DNA from: a virus
Lineage: Duplodnaviria; Heunggongvirae; Uroviricota; Caudoviricetes
Direction: 5' to 3' (one strand)
IMG/VR virus record: IMGVR_UViG_3300042563_002362
DNA: 27,899 bases
In this document: in pieces, positions 20,355 through 27,899 of the stretch
How the letters are laid out: the number at the start of each line of letters is the position of its first letter
Position numbering within the stretch: position 1 is the first letter of the stretch
Notes under the pieces: model-generated
Told to the model about the DNA's origin: nothing
Seen by the model: the letters and a program-made list of their open reading frames with translations, nothing else
Database searches by the model: none
Translations under genes and position numbers: made by a program

Positions 20355-21680
20355 TTAAAATGCTAAGATGTCTAATTGTGGATCGCTGATAACTGAATTT
20401 ATTGGGTATGTGATAATGTTTTTGTAACCTGCGGATTTAACAAAATTTAGAATGTCATCTGCGGTATGACCGTTTTGTGATAATGCTCCATGATTTATTT
20501 CAATGAAAAGCATCGGCTTATGCGTATTGATACTATCTTGCATACCTTGCAATGCATGGATTTCCCAGCCTTCAACATCTATTTTAATGAAGTCTGGTTT
20601 TGGCAGATCAAGCGTATCGAGTTTGACGGCCTTCACCTTTATTTCTCCATTCTCAGATATGCGACTTGCTCCTACATTGGCTAATGTTTCAAATGTAAGC
20701 TCGTCATCCTTTGAGTTTGCAGCTAGGTTATAGTTATGAGAGTCTGGACAGTTATGACATAAACATTCATATGCTAATGGATTAGGTTCAAATGCATAAA
20801 CCGTCTTACCCATGTCTAAGTATGCACGTGTATGGTCTCCAATGTTTGCTCCAATGTCCCAGACGCACTGTGCCTTATCAAGATATGGTTTTAAGAATTT
20901 GAACAAGTATGGATCGGTTATAATGTTGCGGTGCTCCTTTGCCCAAGTGCTAAGATGTGTATCATTGGACAAAATCATTTGTCCGTTTTGTAAAAATTCA
21001 AAGTTTGGATTTTCCAGTATCTGTTTAATTTCTTCAAGGTTCTCATCAGCAGTATCACCCCATATCTTAAACTGCCTCACCGGTGCATCACCGATACCAT
21101 CATCTGTGTTAATCCACGTGAATGCATCGCGATGATACAACCAACAATAAAAACCAAGAACATTCCATTCAGTGAATACTCCTTTGTCAAGCGGATATTG
21201 TTTAAGCGATTTCCCATGAGTTTTTAAGCAATATTGTTGAATATCCTTTAGAACATAACGTGGAAACATGAAAGGCTGACGTCTCATAAATTCAAACGGC
21301 GACTCAATTCCACAAAAATCATACATTGACTTACTCCAATGATTTAAAGTGTTGCGATTATTAGCAGGTAACGATTCGTCATTGAATATAGTGCTAAACG
21401 GAGTCATGTACCAAATCGGTTTTCCATCAGCCATAAATGATTCAGGTGTCACTGGCTCATTAAACAGTGTATCGGAATCAGTGACCAATATGAAGTCAGC
21501 ATCAGTGTATTCGTCTGCATGCATCTTTATGACTTGCTGATAGATGTATCCGTTTTCATGCTCGCCTTCAACTACAACGGTGTTTCTAAATCCAGTGCAA
21601 TACTTTTTAATGGACTGTAGGCAATACTCGTGATATTGCTTATCGTGATTGCATGTCTTAATAAAAATATCAGTAATCAT
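20355..21680 (-). CDS. Fusion of GT-A-like domain and FkbM-family methyltransferase
   Basis: N-terminal ILVTDSD (DxD); C-terminal WDIGANIG, FEPNP, IKIDVEGWE; start 21680 preferred. Confidence 0.82.
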   Translation of the reverse strand: MITDIFIKTCNHDKQYHEYCLQSIKKYCTGFRNTVVVEGEHENGYIYQQVIKMHADEYTDADFILVTDSDTLFNEPVTPESFMADGKPIWYMTPFSTIFNDESLPANNRNTLNHWSKSMYDFCGIESPFEFMRRQPFMFPRYVLKDIQQYCLKTHGKSLKQYPLDKGVFTEWNVLGFYCWLYHRDAFTWINTDDGIGDAPVRQFKIWGDTADENLEEIKQILENPNFEFLQNGQMILSNDTHLSTWAKEHRNIITDPYLFKFLKPYLDKAQCVWDIGANIGDHTRAYLDMGKTVYAFEPNPLAYECLCHNCPDSHNYNLAANSKDDELTFETLANVGASRISENGEIKVKAVKLDTLDLPKPDFIKIDVEGWEIHALQGMQDSINTHKPMLFIEINHGALSQNGHTADDILNFVKSAGYKNIITYPINSVISDPQLDILAF

Positions 21681-21686
21681 ATTAAC

Positions 21687-21694
21687 TATATATA
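21687..21694. promoter_or_regulatory. Palindromic TATATATA between divergent genes; putative bidirectional late promoter
   Basis: 5 nt from ATG 21700 (+) and 6 nt from ATG 21680 (-), the same spacing as other TATAAATA sites. Confidence 0.5.
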
Positions 21695-21699
21695 ACATT

Positions 21700-22346
21700 A
21701 TGTTTAAGGACTTTACTATATGCACGTCAGATTATTTAGAAATGTCCTACCAACTGCAACTTGCAATTTTAGAACAATGCGGTGTTCAATTAGAAATTGT
21801 GCAATGTGATTTACCTTCGGGTGATTTTATGACTTCGCACTTTTACGATGTCGTAAAGTTTAAGATACAAACACTCCTAAAAAATCTCGAGGCCACTTCG
21901 TGTTCAATGGTTGCTTACTTTGATAGCGACATTGTCATAAGAGGTGACGCCGTATCGGCTATGCGCAAATCTATAGGAGAACATGACATATGTTTTCAAC
22001 GTGATCGAGGAGATTTTTGTAGCGGAATGTTCATTGCTAAAAATAACGAGAAAATCATTTCATTCTTCACCGAAGTATTAAATCGTCTTAATCATCTAAA
22101 GGGCGAATATGTTCATACTGCAGCCGATCAGACTGTCATAAATAACATGCTACATACTGAAGAAATTGATTTAGATTTTGGGTTTCTTGACGATTCATTC
22201 ACTACATACGGAAACATAAACTCCGAAGTTGAACGTTGGGAGGTGAAGAATTCTTATTAGAAGACAACGTTGTCGCGTTTCATGCAAATTTTACTATAGG
22301 AGTGCAATCAAAGCTTAAACTGATGGATTACGTTAAATCAAAATGA
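21700..22346 (+). pseudogene. Nucleotide-diphospho-sugar transferase (GT77-like) with a 1-nt frameshift near 22240
   Basis: YFDSD, DQTVIN motifs; shifted frame continues GEEFLLEDNVVAFHANFTIGVQSK and ends at a TGA overlapping ATG 22343. Confidence 0.72.
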
Positions 22347-22969
22347 TTGGAATAATACTTGCTCATGGAAAAGCACAAAAGATGTTCGACTTACATCTAC
22401 CAAATTGGGAAGCTGTCTTTGACAAAATATGCGTGGTGTGTCCATTAGACGACATTGTTGAATACCACAGTGAGGTACATTCGCTCGGTCTATCTGAACA
22501 TCATGGATACTGGAATTGTGAACGTATGCGTTATGCATGCCAAATTGCAAGTTCATACGCAGACGCATGCATAGTTGAATATGATACGTTAATTTACAAC
22601 CTACCATATACCGATGATACTTTACGTGGATGTGGACCAATGTATGACTATGAGCCAAATTTTGTAGCACCATGGTTTACTCATAGTCCGTGGATGACAA
22701 CGAGGGAGAACTTCAATGCGATTTCAAAGTATGAGGTACTTGAAGGTAAGCATGAATACTGTGATCGTTGGTTAGCTGAAGCATGTGTCGTTCTTGGTAT
22801 AAAGCCGTCAAATTTAGAGTCTTACTACACTCCATGTTGCGGATACATACGCGATGCAAATGAATGGAAGAACATGGTGACATCTGCGCATTCTAAGAAT
22901 CTAAGCGCGATTCATGGAATTAAAGAGGAATTTCTCTCAAAAACTATTTCTGCAATACGTAAGATTTAG
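22343..22969 (+). CDS. Hypothetical, possibly glycosyltransferase-like protein
   Basis: 208-aa ORF in the glycan cluster; IVEYD motif. Confidence 0.65.
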   Translation: MIGIILAHGKAQKMFDLHLPNWEAVFDKICVVCPLDDIVEYHSEVHSLGLSEHHGYWNCERMRYACQIASSYADACIVEYDTLIYNLPYTDDTLRGCGPMYDYEPNFVAPWFTHSPWMTTRENFNAISKYEVLEGKHEYCDRWLAEACVVLGIKPSNLESYYTPCCGYIRDANEWKNMVTSAHSKNLSAIHGIKEEFLSKTISAIRKI

Positions 22970-22970
22970 A

Positions 22971-22999
22971 TTTACATTCCGTCATAACTGTGGTATAAT
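22971..22999 (+). promoter_or_regulatory. Early promoter TTTACA-N17-TATAAT
   Basis: Exact motif 5 nt before ATG 23005. Confidence 0.8.
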
Positions 23000-23004
23000 T
23001 TGGC

Positions 23005-23931
23005 ATGCGCCAATTACGCCTCGGTCTTGTTTGTATTTCTGAAGTTCTTAAGAATAGCCGCAAGGTTGCTTTTAAGACAATGACACGCAAGCAGTACCTA
23101 AGTATGCCACGCGAGCGCGCGCTGCAAATCTTAAGCGCTCGTACATTGCATAATGCGTCCACTATTCGATGCGATATCTTGCCACATCTATCAGCGGTTG
23201 GTATTTCTCATTACCGCGTCAGCAGCTCAATGTTCCCACTAGTCACCGATAAGACTCTCGGACTGTGTTATGATGATCTTCCAGACATGCAACTTATTCG
23301 CGACAATCTTGCGGCTGCTGGACAGTTTGCACGCGTAAACAATATCAGCATCAGTTGTCATCCAGATCAGTATAATGTACTTGCTTCTTACAGCGAGGAT
23401 GTTGTCATCAATTCAATTAATGAGCTGAATCATCAGAGCAATGTTCTTGACATGATGGGGTTGCCTCAGGACCTTTCTTCGTCCATGTGCTTGCATCTAA
23501 ACGCTAGTCCAAAGTTTAAGATTGAAGACTGCCTTGGTTATCGTCAACGGTTCATCGACAATCTTGCGCGTTGTAATGACGGTGTACGTGCACGCCTTGT
23601 TCTTGAGAATGAGGACAAAGGATTTTGGAATTGCGACAACCTTTACGCTTTCTTCCACGACGTTCGTCCGCTTGTTTTTGACAATCTGCATAACGCATGC
23701 AATCCGTCTGAGTATGTTGAAGACGTGTATGCAATTATGTTTTCTTCTACTTGGCGGCAACATCGACCAATTTTCCACTGGAGCGAAGGTATTGACGGTA
23801 CGTCGAAGCATGCTCGTCGCGCATCGCATATCCCGGAAATCGTCAAAAACAACGGCGACATATGCACCTGGGAAGTCGAACTGAAAGACAAAGACTATGC
23901 AATTTTGGAGATTTTGGAGAAATTTTCATAA
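23005..23931 (+). CDS. uvsE: UV-damage endonuclease (UvsE/UVDE)
   Basis: RLGLVC, YRVSSSMFP, SCHPDQYNVL, RLVLENED, VFDNLH, WEVELKDKDYA. Confidence 0.92.
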   Translation: MRQLRLGLVCISEVLKNSRKVAFKTMTRKQYLSMPRERALQILSARTLHNASTIRCDILPHLSAVGISHYRVSSSMFPLVTDKTLGLCYDDLPDMQLIRDNLAAAGQFARVNNISISCHPDQYNVLASYSEDVVINSINELNHQSNVLDMMGLPQDLSSSMCLHLNASPKFKIEDCLGYRQRFIDNLARCNDGVRARLVLENEDKGFWNCDNLYAFFHDVRPLVFDNLHNACNPSEYVEDVYAIMFSSTWRQHRPIFHWSEGIDGTSKHARRASHIPEIVKNNGDICTWEVELKDKDYAILEILEKFS

Positions 23932-23957
23932 AAAGTGAAAATTTATGAATTTTCTTG

Positions 23958-23986
23958 TTTACATCGGTCGGTTTTCCGTTTATAAT
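23958..23986 (+). promoter_or_regulatory. Early promoter TTTACA-N17-TATAAT
   Basis: Exact motif. Confidence 0.8.
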
Positions 23987-24011
23987 GATCTTGTAAGCAA
24001 ACCACCACAAT

Positions 24012-24317
24012 ATGAGCCTCGACAAAGCAATCAAAAGCGGTAAGGAACACCGCAAAGAATACCGCGATTCTCGCCGATGTGACTACACTTGCCGCAATCA
24101 TGGCAGCTGCAGCTATTGTGAAAGAAACCGAACAATCTTCGACAAGCGTGCTCGCACCCGCGCTGAAGGACAGGTCGACGAATACTTCGGCTATTGGTTT
24201 ATGCCTGATCCGTATGATGCGATGCAGGCTGCAGCTGAGGAGAATTACCGTAAGATGGGCATCGATCCTAATGATTGGGATACGCTCGTCGAACTTGGAG
24301 AACTAATCAAAGGATAA
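24012..24317 (+). CDS. Small basic Cys/His hypothetical protein
   Basis: MSLDKAI..GKEHRK...CRNHGSCSYC. Confidence 0.78.
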   Translation: MSLDKAIKSGKEHRKEYRDSRRCDYTCRNHGSCSYCERNRTIFDKRARTRAEGQVDEYFGYWFMPDPYDAMQAAAEENYRKMGIDPNDWDTLVELGELIKG

Positions 24318-24320
24318 TAC

Positions 24321-24464
24321 ATGGACCGTTACGAATCATTAAAAGAAATTGAAGACGAAATTGCTGAATGGGAAGCTGACGATGTATATCCTGGTGATCG
24401 CGGTTTTCAACGATTGCTTGAACGTCGCAATGAGATTCTAGAAGAACTTGACGAAGAAGAATAA
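24321..24464 (+). CDS. Small acidic hypothetical protein (47 aa)
   Basis: MDRYESLKEIEDEIAEWEAD...; fills the operon gap; below the ORF-track cutoff. Confidence 0.6.
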   Translation: MDRYESLKEIEDEIAEWEADDVYPGDRGFQRLLERRNEILEELDEEE

Positions 24465-24467
24465 TTT

Positions 24468-24626
24468 ATGGATGCTAAACAACTACTTTCATTGCTAACA
24501 ACACAAGACTTTGAGGATTGGTATCGAACTGATCTTGAGGACTACATCCGTGGCGAAGAAAACGCAAAGACAACCGAACAAATGCTCGCCGATCTCCAGA
24601 ACTTTATCAATCAACAATCACGATGA
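24468..24626 (+). CDS. Small hypothetical protein (52 aa)
   Basis: MDAKQLLSLLTTQDFEDWY...; ATGA-coupled to 24623. Confidence 0.62.
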   Translation: MDAKQLLSLLTTQDFEDWYRTDLEDYIRGEENAKTTEQMLADLQNFINQQSR

Positions 24627-25384
24627 CTAATCATTCAATTACTACCCACCCTTCCTTCGAAAAATGCCGCGGCCGTTTGCTCTGCGAACTTATCGGCGGA
24701 TCTACTCTTTATGGTCTCAATACGCCTGACAGCGACATTGATTACCGCGGCTTGTTCTTCGCTTCAGATAAGCAATATGTTGCAGGCTTTGACAGCATCG
24801 AGAGCATCGTTCAAACTGGTGAAGTTGATTCGGCTTACTATGAGCTGACTCATTACCTGAAACTGCTGCGCAAGTCCAATACCCAGGTGCTTGAAATCCT
24901 CTTTGCTCCTGAACATTCATTCACTGTGACTTCTACGCTGTTTAAGCGCATCCGTGAAAATCGTTATAATCTCATCGACAGCTATGTGCTGAAGGGCAGT
25001 CTTAAAGGCTATGTCTTTAGCGAAATGCGACTTGCGACTGGTGAACGTAGCGGCCGCCTTGGCGGCAAGCGTAAGGAAGTAGTTACTCAATACGGCTTTT
25101 CTCCGAAGAACTTCGTCCAGATCATGCGTCTTTGCCGTGTCGGTCAGCGGCTCTTTACGGACGGCGATTACATGGTGAACGTGCAGTTGTCCGATCCATC
25201 GTTTCATGAGGAACTGATGGACATCAAAACCCAACCGCAGAAATACACCGTTGAGCAGCTTAAGGCTCGTGTTGCCTCTGAATATGATCTTCTTGTTCAG
25301 GCAATGGACAACAGCTCTGTCAACTACTCATTTGACTCCGAACTTGCGGCTGACTTGATCATGACCGCTCGTGATAATTACTAA
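24623..25384 (+). CDS. Pol-beta superfamily nucleotidyltransferase (RlaP/YcgL-like)
   Basis: GGSTLYGLNTPDSDIDYRG signature; LLRKSNTQVLEILF. Confidence 0.85.
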   Translation: MTNHSITTHPSFEKCRGRLLCELIGGSTLYGLNTPDSDIDYRGLFFASDKQYVAGFDSIESIVQTGEVDSAYYELTHYLKLLRKSNTQVLEILFAPEHSFTVTSTLFKRIRENRYNLIDSYVLKGSLKGYVFSEMRLATGERSGRLGGKRKEVVTQYGFSPKNFVQIMRLCRVGQRLFTDGDYMVNVQLSDPSFHEELMDIKTQPQKYTVEQLKARVASEYDLLVQAMDNSSVNYSFDSELAADLIMTARDNY

Positions 25385-25385
25385 T

Positions 25386-26072
25386 ATGAATCTCGTTAAA
25401 CCAATTTACATTCTCGGCGACGTGCACGGGCAATTTGCTCGTCTACGCGAAAACATTGACAAGTATGATCTGCGCGATTGTTACATCATCTGCGTCGGTG
25501 ACTTGGGAATTGGTTTTCAGCATCCAGCAAAAGGAGAACTTAGTGGATGTCGCAAGCTCAATACGTTCTTCTTGGGTCGGAACATTCACTTCATGAGTAT
25601 CCGAGGCAATCACGATGATCCTCAATACTTCAATGGACCAAATCGCATCGAGTTGAGTAACTTACGGTTGCTGCCTGACTATCACGCCGAAACATTCAAT
25701 GGAGAACGCTTCCTGTTTGTCGGTGGCGCCGTAAGTATCGACCGTCTCTATCGCGTTGAAGGTCGTTCATATTGGCCCAATGAAGTCTTTGTTTATGATG
25801 AATCTAAAGTCACTCCATGTGATGTACTAATCACGCATAGTGCTCCGCCTTGGATTGGTCCTTTTGACAAAGAAGGGCTGTCAAGTTGGTGTGAAAAGGA
25901 CAAGACTCTATGGGACTTGTGCTATCGTGAACGTGTTGATCATGATAAACTAATTCAAGCGTGTGGTGCTAAGCGTCATTACTGTGGTCACTTCCATGCT
26001 TATCACTGGGTTGACTTCCGTGATTGTTACAGCACTATCCTTGACATTGATCAATTCAAAGAACATCGTTAA
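25386..26072 (+). CDS. Metallophosphoesterase
   Basis: GDVHG, VGDLG, RGNHD, GGAVSID, THSAP, GHFH. Confidence 0.9.
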   Translation: MNLVKPIYILGDVHGQFARLRENIDKYDLRDCYIICVGDLGIGFQHPAKGELSGCRKLNTFFLGRNIHFMSIRGNHDDPQYFNGPNRIELSNLRLLPDYHAETFNGERFLFVGGAVSIDRLYRVEGRSYWPNEVFVYDESKVTPCDVLITHSAPPWIGPFDKEGLSSWCEKDKTLWDLCYRERVDHDKLIQACGAKRHYCGHFHAYHWVDFRDCYSTILDIDQFKEHR

Positions 26073-26073
26073 T

Positions 26074-26379
26074 ATGAAAACCAAGCAACCTGTCTATGTA
26101 ATTGATCGCAAGGATTTTGATTATGTATTTCCTATCCCTCGCTCAGGGTGGGCATATGGTCTTTATTTTGGAACTATCACATGTGCCGAAGATTGGCAGG
26201 CGATGCGTGATGAAATTAAGTTTGATGAAAACGATCAAGCGTTGATTTCAAAAGTGATGGAAGCAATCAATGAAAGATATAATCACAAGTTGATCGGGCG
26301 GTCGAACGGGCGGTCGAACGGTGCGCTCGTGCATCTCAAAAAGCAGATAAATTATCGCAGAAAGCCAAAAGATGTCTAA
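26074..26379 (+). CDS. Hypothetical protein
   Basis: ATG at 26074 just after the upstream stop. Confidence 0.65.
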   Translation: MKTKQPVYVIDRKDFDYVFPIPRSGWAYGLYFGTITCAEDWQAMRDEIKFDENDQALISKVMEAINERYNHKLIGRSNGRSNGALVHLKKQINYRRKPKDV

Positions 26380-26441
26380 GTACGAAACATCAAATACACA
26401 TTAAACGTTAAGACTTGAATAAAACAACTATAAAATAAATT

Positions 26442-26834
26442 ATGACTCCAGTATACATTATCATCGACGAATACGGAAACAAGTATTACTACAAGGACAA
26501 AGCAATGACGATACTTCATCGTGAAGATGGTCCTGCAATTGAACTTGCCGGTGGAGGTAAAGCTTGGTACATCAATGGAAAACATCATCGTGAAGACGGT
26601 CCTGCGGTTGAACTTGCCGGTGGAGATAAATCTTGGTACATCAATGGAAAACGCCATCGTAAAGATGGTCCTGCAATTGAAGATGCCGATGGACATAAAG
26701 AATGGTACGTCGATGGAGTGAAACACGATGAACGAGAATTCCTTCTTAAAACCGCTAAAGAAATCGTCTTGACGATTGACGAGATTGCATCTAAGTTTGG
26801 CATTGAAGTCAGCAAGTTGAAGATCCAGAAGTAA
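26442..26834 (+). CDS. HREDGPA-repeat (MORN-like beta-hairpin) phage protein, copy 1
   Basis: Three HR(E/K)DGPA(I/V)E...WY.NG repeats. Confidence 0.85.
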   Translation: MTPVYIIIDEYGNKYYYKDKAMTILHREDGPAIELAGGGKAWYINGKHHREDGPAVELAGGDKSWYINGKRHRKDGPAIEDADGHKEWYVDGVKHDEREFLLKTAKEIVLTIDEIASKFGIEVSKLKIQK

Positions 26835-26853
26835 CGAACACGAAACGAACATT

Positions 26854-27330
26854 ATGACTCCAGTATACATTATCAACGAATACGGAAACAAGCATTACTA
26901 CAAGGACAAAGCAATGACGATACGCCATCGCGCAGCGATACGCCATCGCGCAGACGGTCCTGCAATTGAATACGCCGATGGAGGTAAAGAATGGTACGTC
27001 GATGGAAAACTTCATCGTAAAGATGGTCCTGCGGTTGAATATGCCGATGGGAGTAAAGTTTGGTACGTCGATGGAAAACGCCATCGTGAAGACGGTCCTG
27101 CATATGAAGGAAGTAATGGTCATAAAGAATGGTGGCTGAATGGAAAGCGTCATCGTGAAGACGGACCTGCCATTGAATACGCTAATGGTGATAAATCTTG
27201 GTATCTCGACGGAGAGAAACTGTGGAACCGCGAATTCCTTCTTAAAACTGCTAAAGAAATCGTCTTGACGATGGACGAGATTGCATCTAAGTTTGGGATT
27301 GATGTTAGCAAGTTGAAGATCGCTAAATGA
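26854..27330 (+). CDS. HREDGPA-repeat phage protein, copy 2
   Basis: Four repeats; N- and C-termini nearly identical to copy 1. Confidence 0.85.
   Translation: MTPVYIINEYGNKHYYKDKAMTIRHRAAIRHRADGPAIEYADGGKEWYVDGKLHRKDGPAVEYADGSKVWYVDGKRHREDGPAYEGSNGHKEWWLNGKRHREDGPAIEYANGDKSWYLDGEKLWNREFLLKTAKEIVLTMDEIASKFGIDVSKLKIAK
26918..26953 (+). repeat. 18-bp perfect tandem duplication
   Basis: cgatacgccatcgcgcag twice, in frame. Confidence 0.9.
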
Positions 27331-27333
27331 AAT

Positions 27334-27897
27334 ATGTTATATAATTGCCCACATTGTTTTAGTAATACGGACACATGGTTTGACCGCAGTTGTATGCATG
27401 ATGAAAATGGAAAGTCTATGCCTTATGAGGAGTTCCCATTTCGTTGCAGCGACTGCGGTCGCAATGTAGATGCTCCGCGTTCCTATTATGGACTGTCTGA
27501 AATTCGCAAAGTTCCGTTTCACGTGTATCTGCCTGCAACTAAAGCTGATCCAAAGACTGGACAACCTCTTGATGCACGGTTTGTCGAGACAGTTGAGATT
27601 CCAGTGTATGGAAATTTTAATGATGACTTTCTGACTCCTGAGGCACATCTTATCATTGAAGGCAGCAAGCTGCGTGCTTTGTTTAAGCTTCTAAATGATC
27701 CGTCACGTGGTGACGTTTTCTTGCCAGATGGATACGATGTATTTATGAATACACCAAATCACCAGTTTCTCGATGGATTGACCGTTAATGAAGCACTGCG
27801 GACATATGATGGCCAACGTGCATGCATATGTCTTGCAGCTGATCTTGGTCTTTATAAGCCGTTTAACAATTCTCTTCCAAAATCAAAAGACTGTTAA
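27334..27897 (+). CDS. Hypothetical protein with N-terminal Zn-ribbon-like CPHC...CSDC
   Basis: 187-aa ORF after copy 2. Confidence 0.7.
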   Translation: MLYNCPHCFSNTDTWFDRSCMHDENGKSMPYEEFPFRCSDCGRNVDAPRSYYGLSEIRKVPFHVYLPATKADPKTGQPLDARFVETVEIPVYGNFNDDFLTPEAHLIIEGSKLRALFKLLNDPSRGDVFLPDGYDVFMNTPNHQFLDGLTVNEALRTYDGQRACICLAADLGLYKPFNNSLPKSKDC

Positions 27898-27899
27898 GA

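Noticed and set aside
26442-27330. CRISPR array or DGR template/variable repeat pair
   Set aside because: The repeats are in-frame protein repeats, with no spacer pattern, no RT, and differences not restricted to adenines.

Overview
Part of a T4-like (probably jumbo) phage genome. Evidence: TATAAATA late promoters, seven repeated TTTACA-N17-TATAAT early promoters, and Seg/Mob-type homing endonucleases. Bases 1-13.3 kb are a very large + strand stable-RNA array: about 46 intact tRNAs covering all 20 amino acids, a tmRNA, several broken or interrupted tRNAs, three free-standing homing endonuclease genes, and about 20 structured non-tRNA elements. Bases 13.4-27.9 kb are accessory protein genes: two metallophosphoesterases, a vWA protein, a PurA-like synthetase, Ro60/TROVE, a glycosyl/methyltransferase cluster, UvsE, a Pol-beta nucleotidyltransferase and tandem HREDGPA-repeat proteins. 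Best leads: (1) a phage Ro60 with a circularly permuted tRNA-like YrlA-type Y RNA and several further Y-RNA-like hairpins; (2) a tRNA whose canonical numbering gives a CUA (amber) anticodon, directly upstream of a late gene with an in-frame TAG at codon 6; (3) two paralogous HNH cassettes that each truncate a tRNA at the same T-loop position and carry a same-anticodon tRNA downstream; (4) many tRNA mimics with altered architecture. All RNA structures were folded by eye and all protein calls come from recalled motifs. No searches were run.
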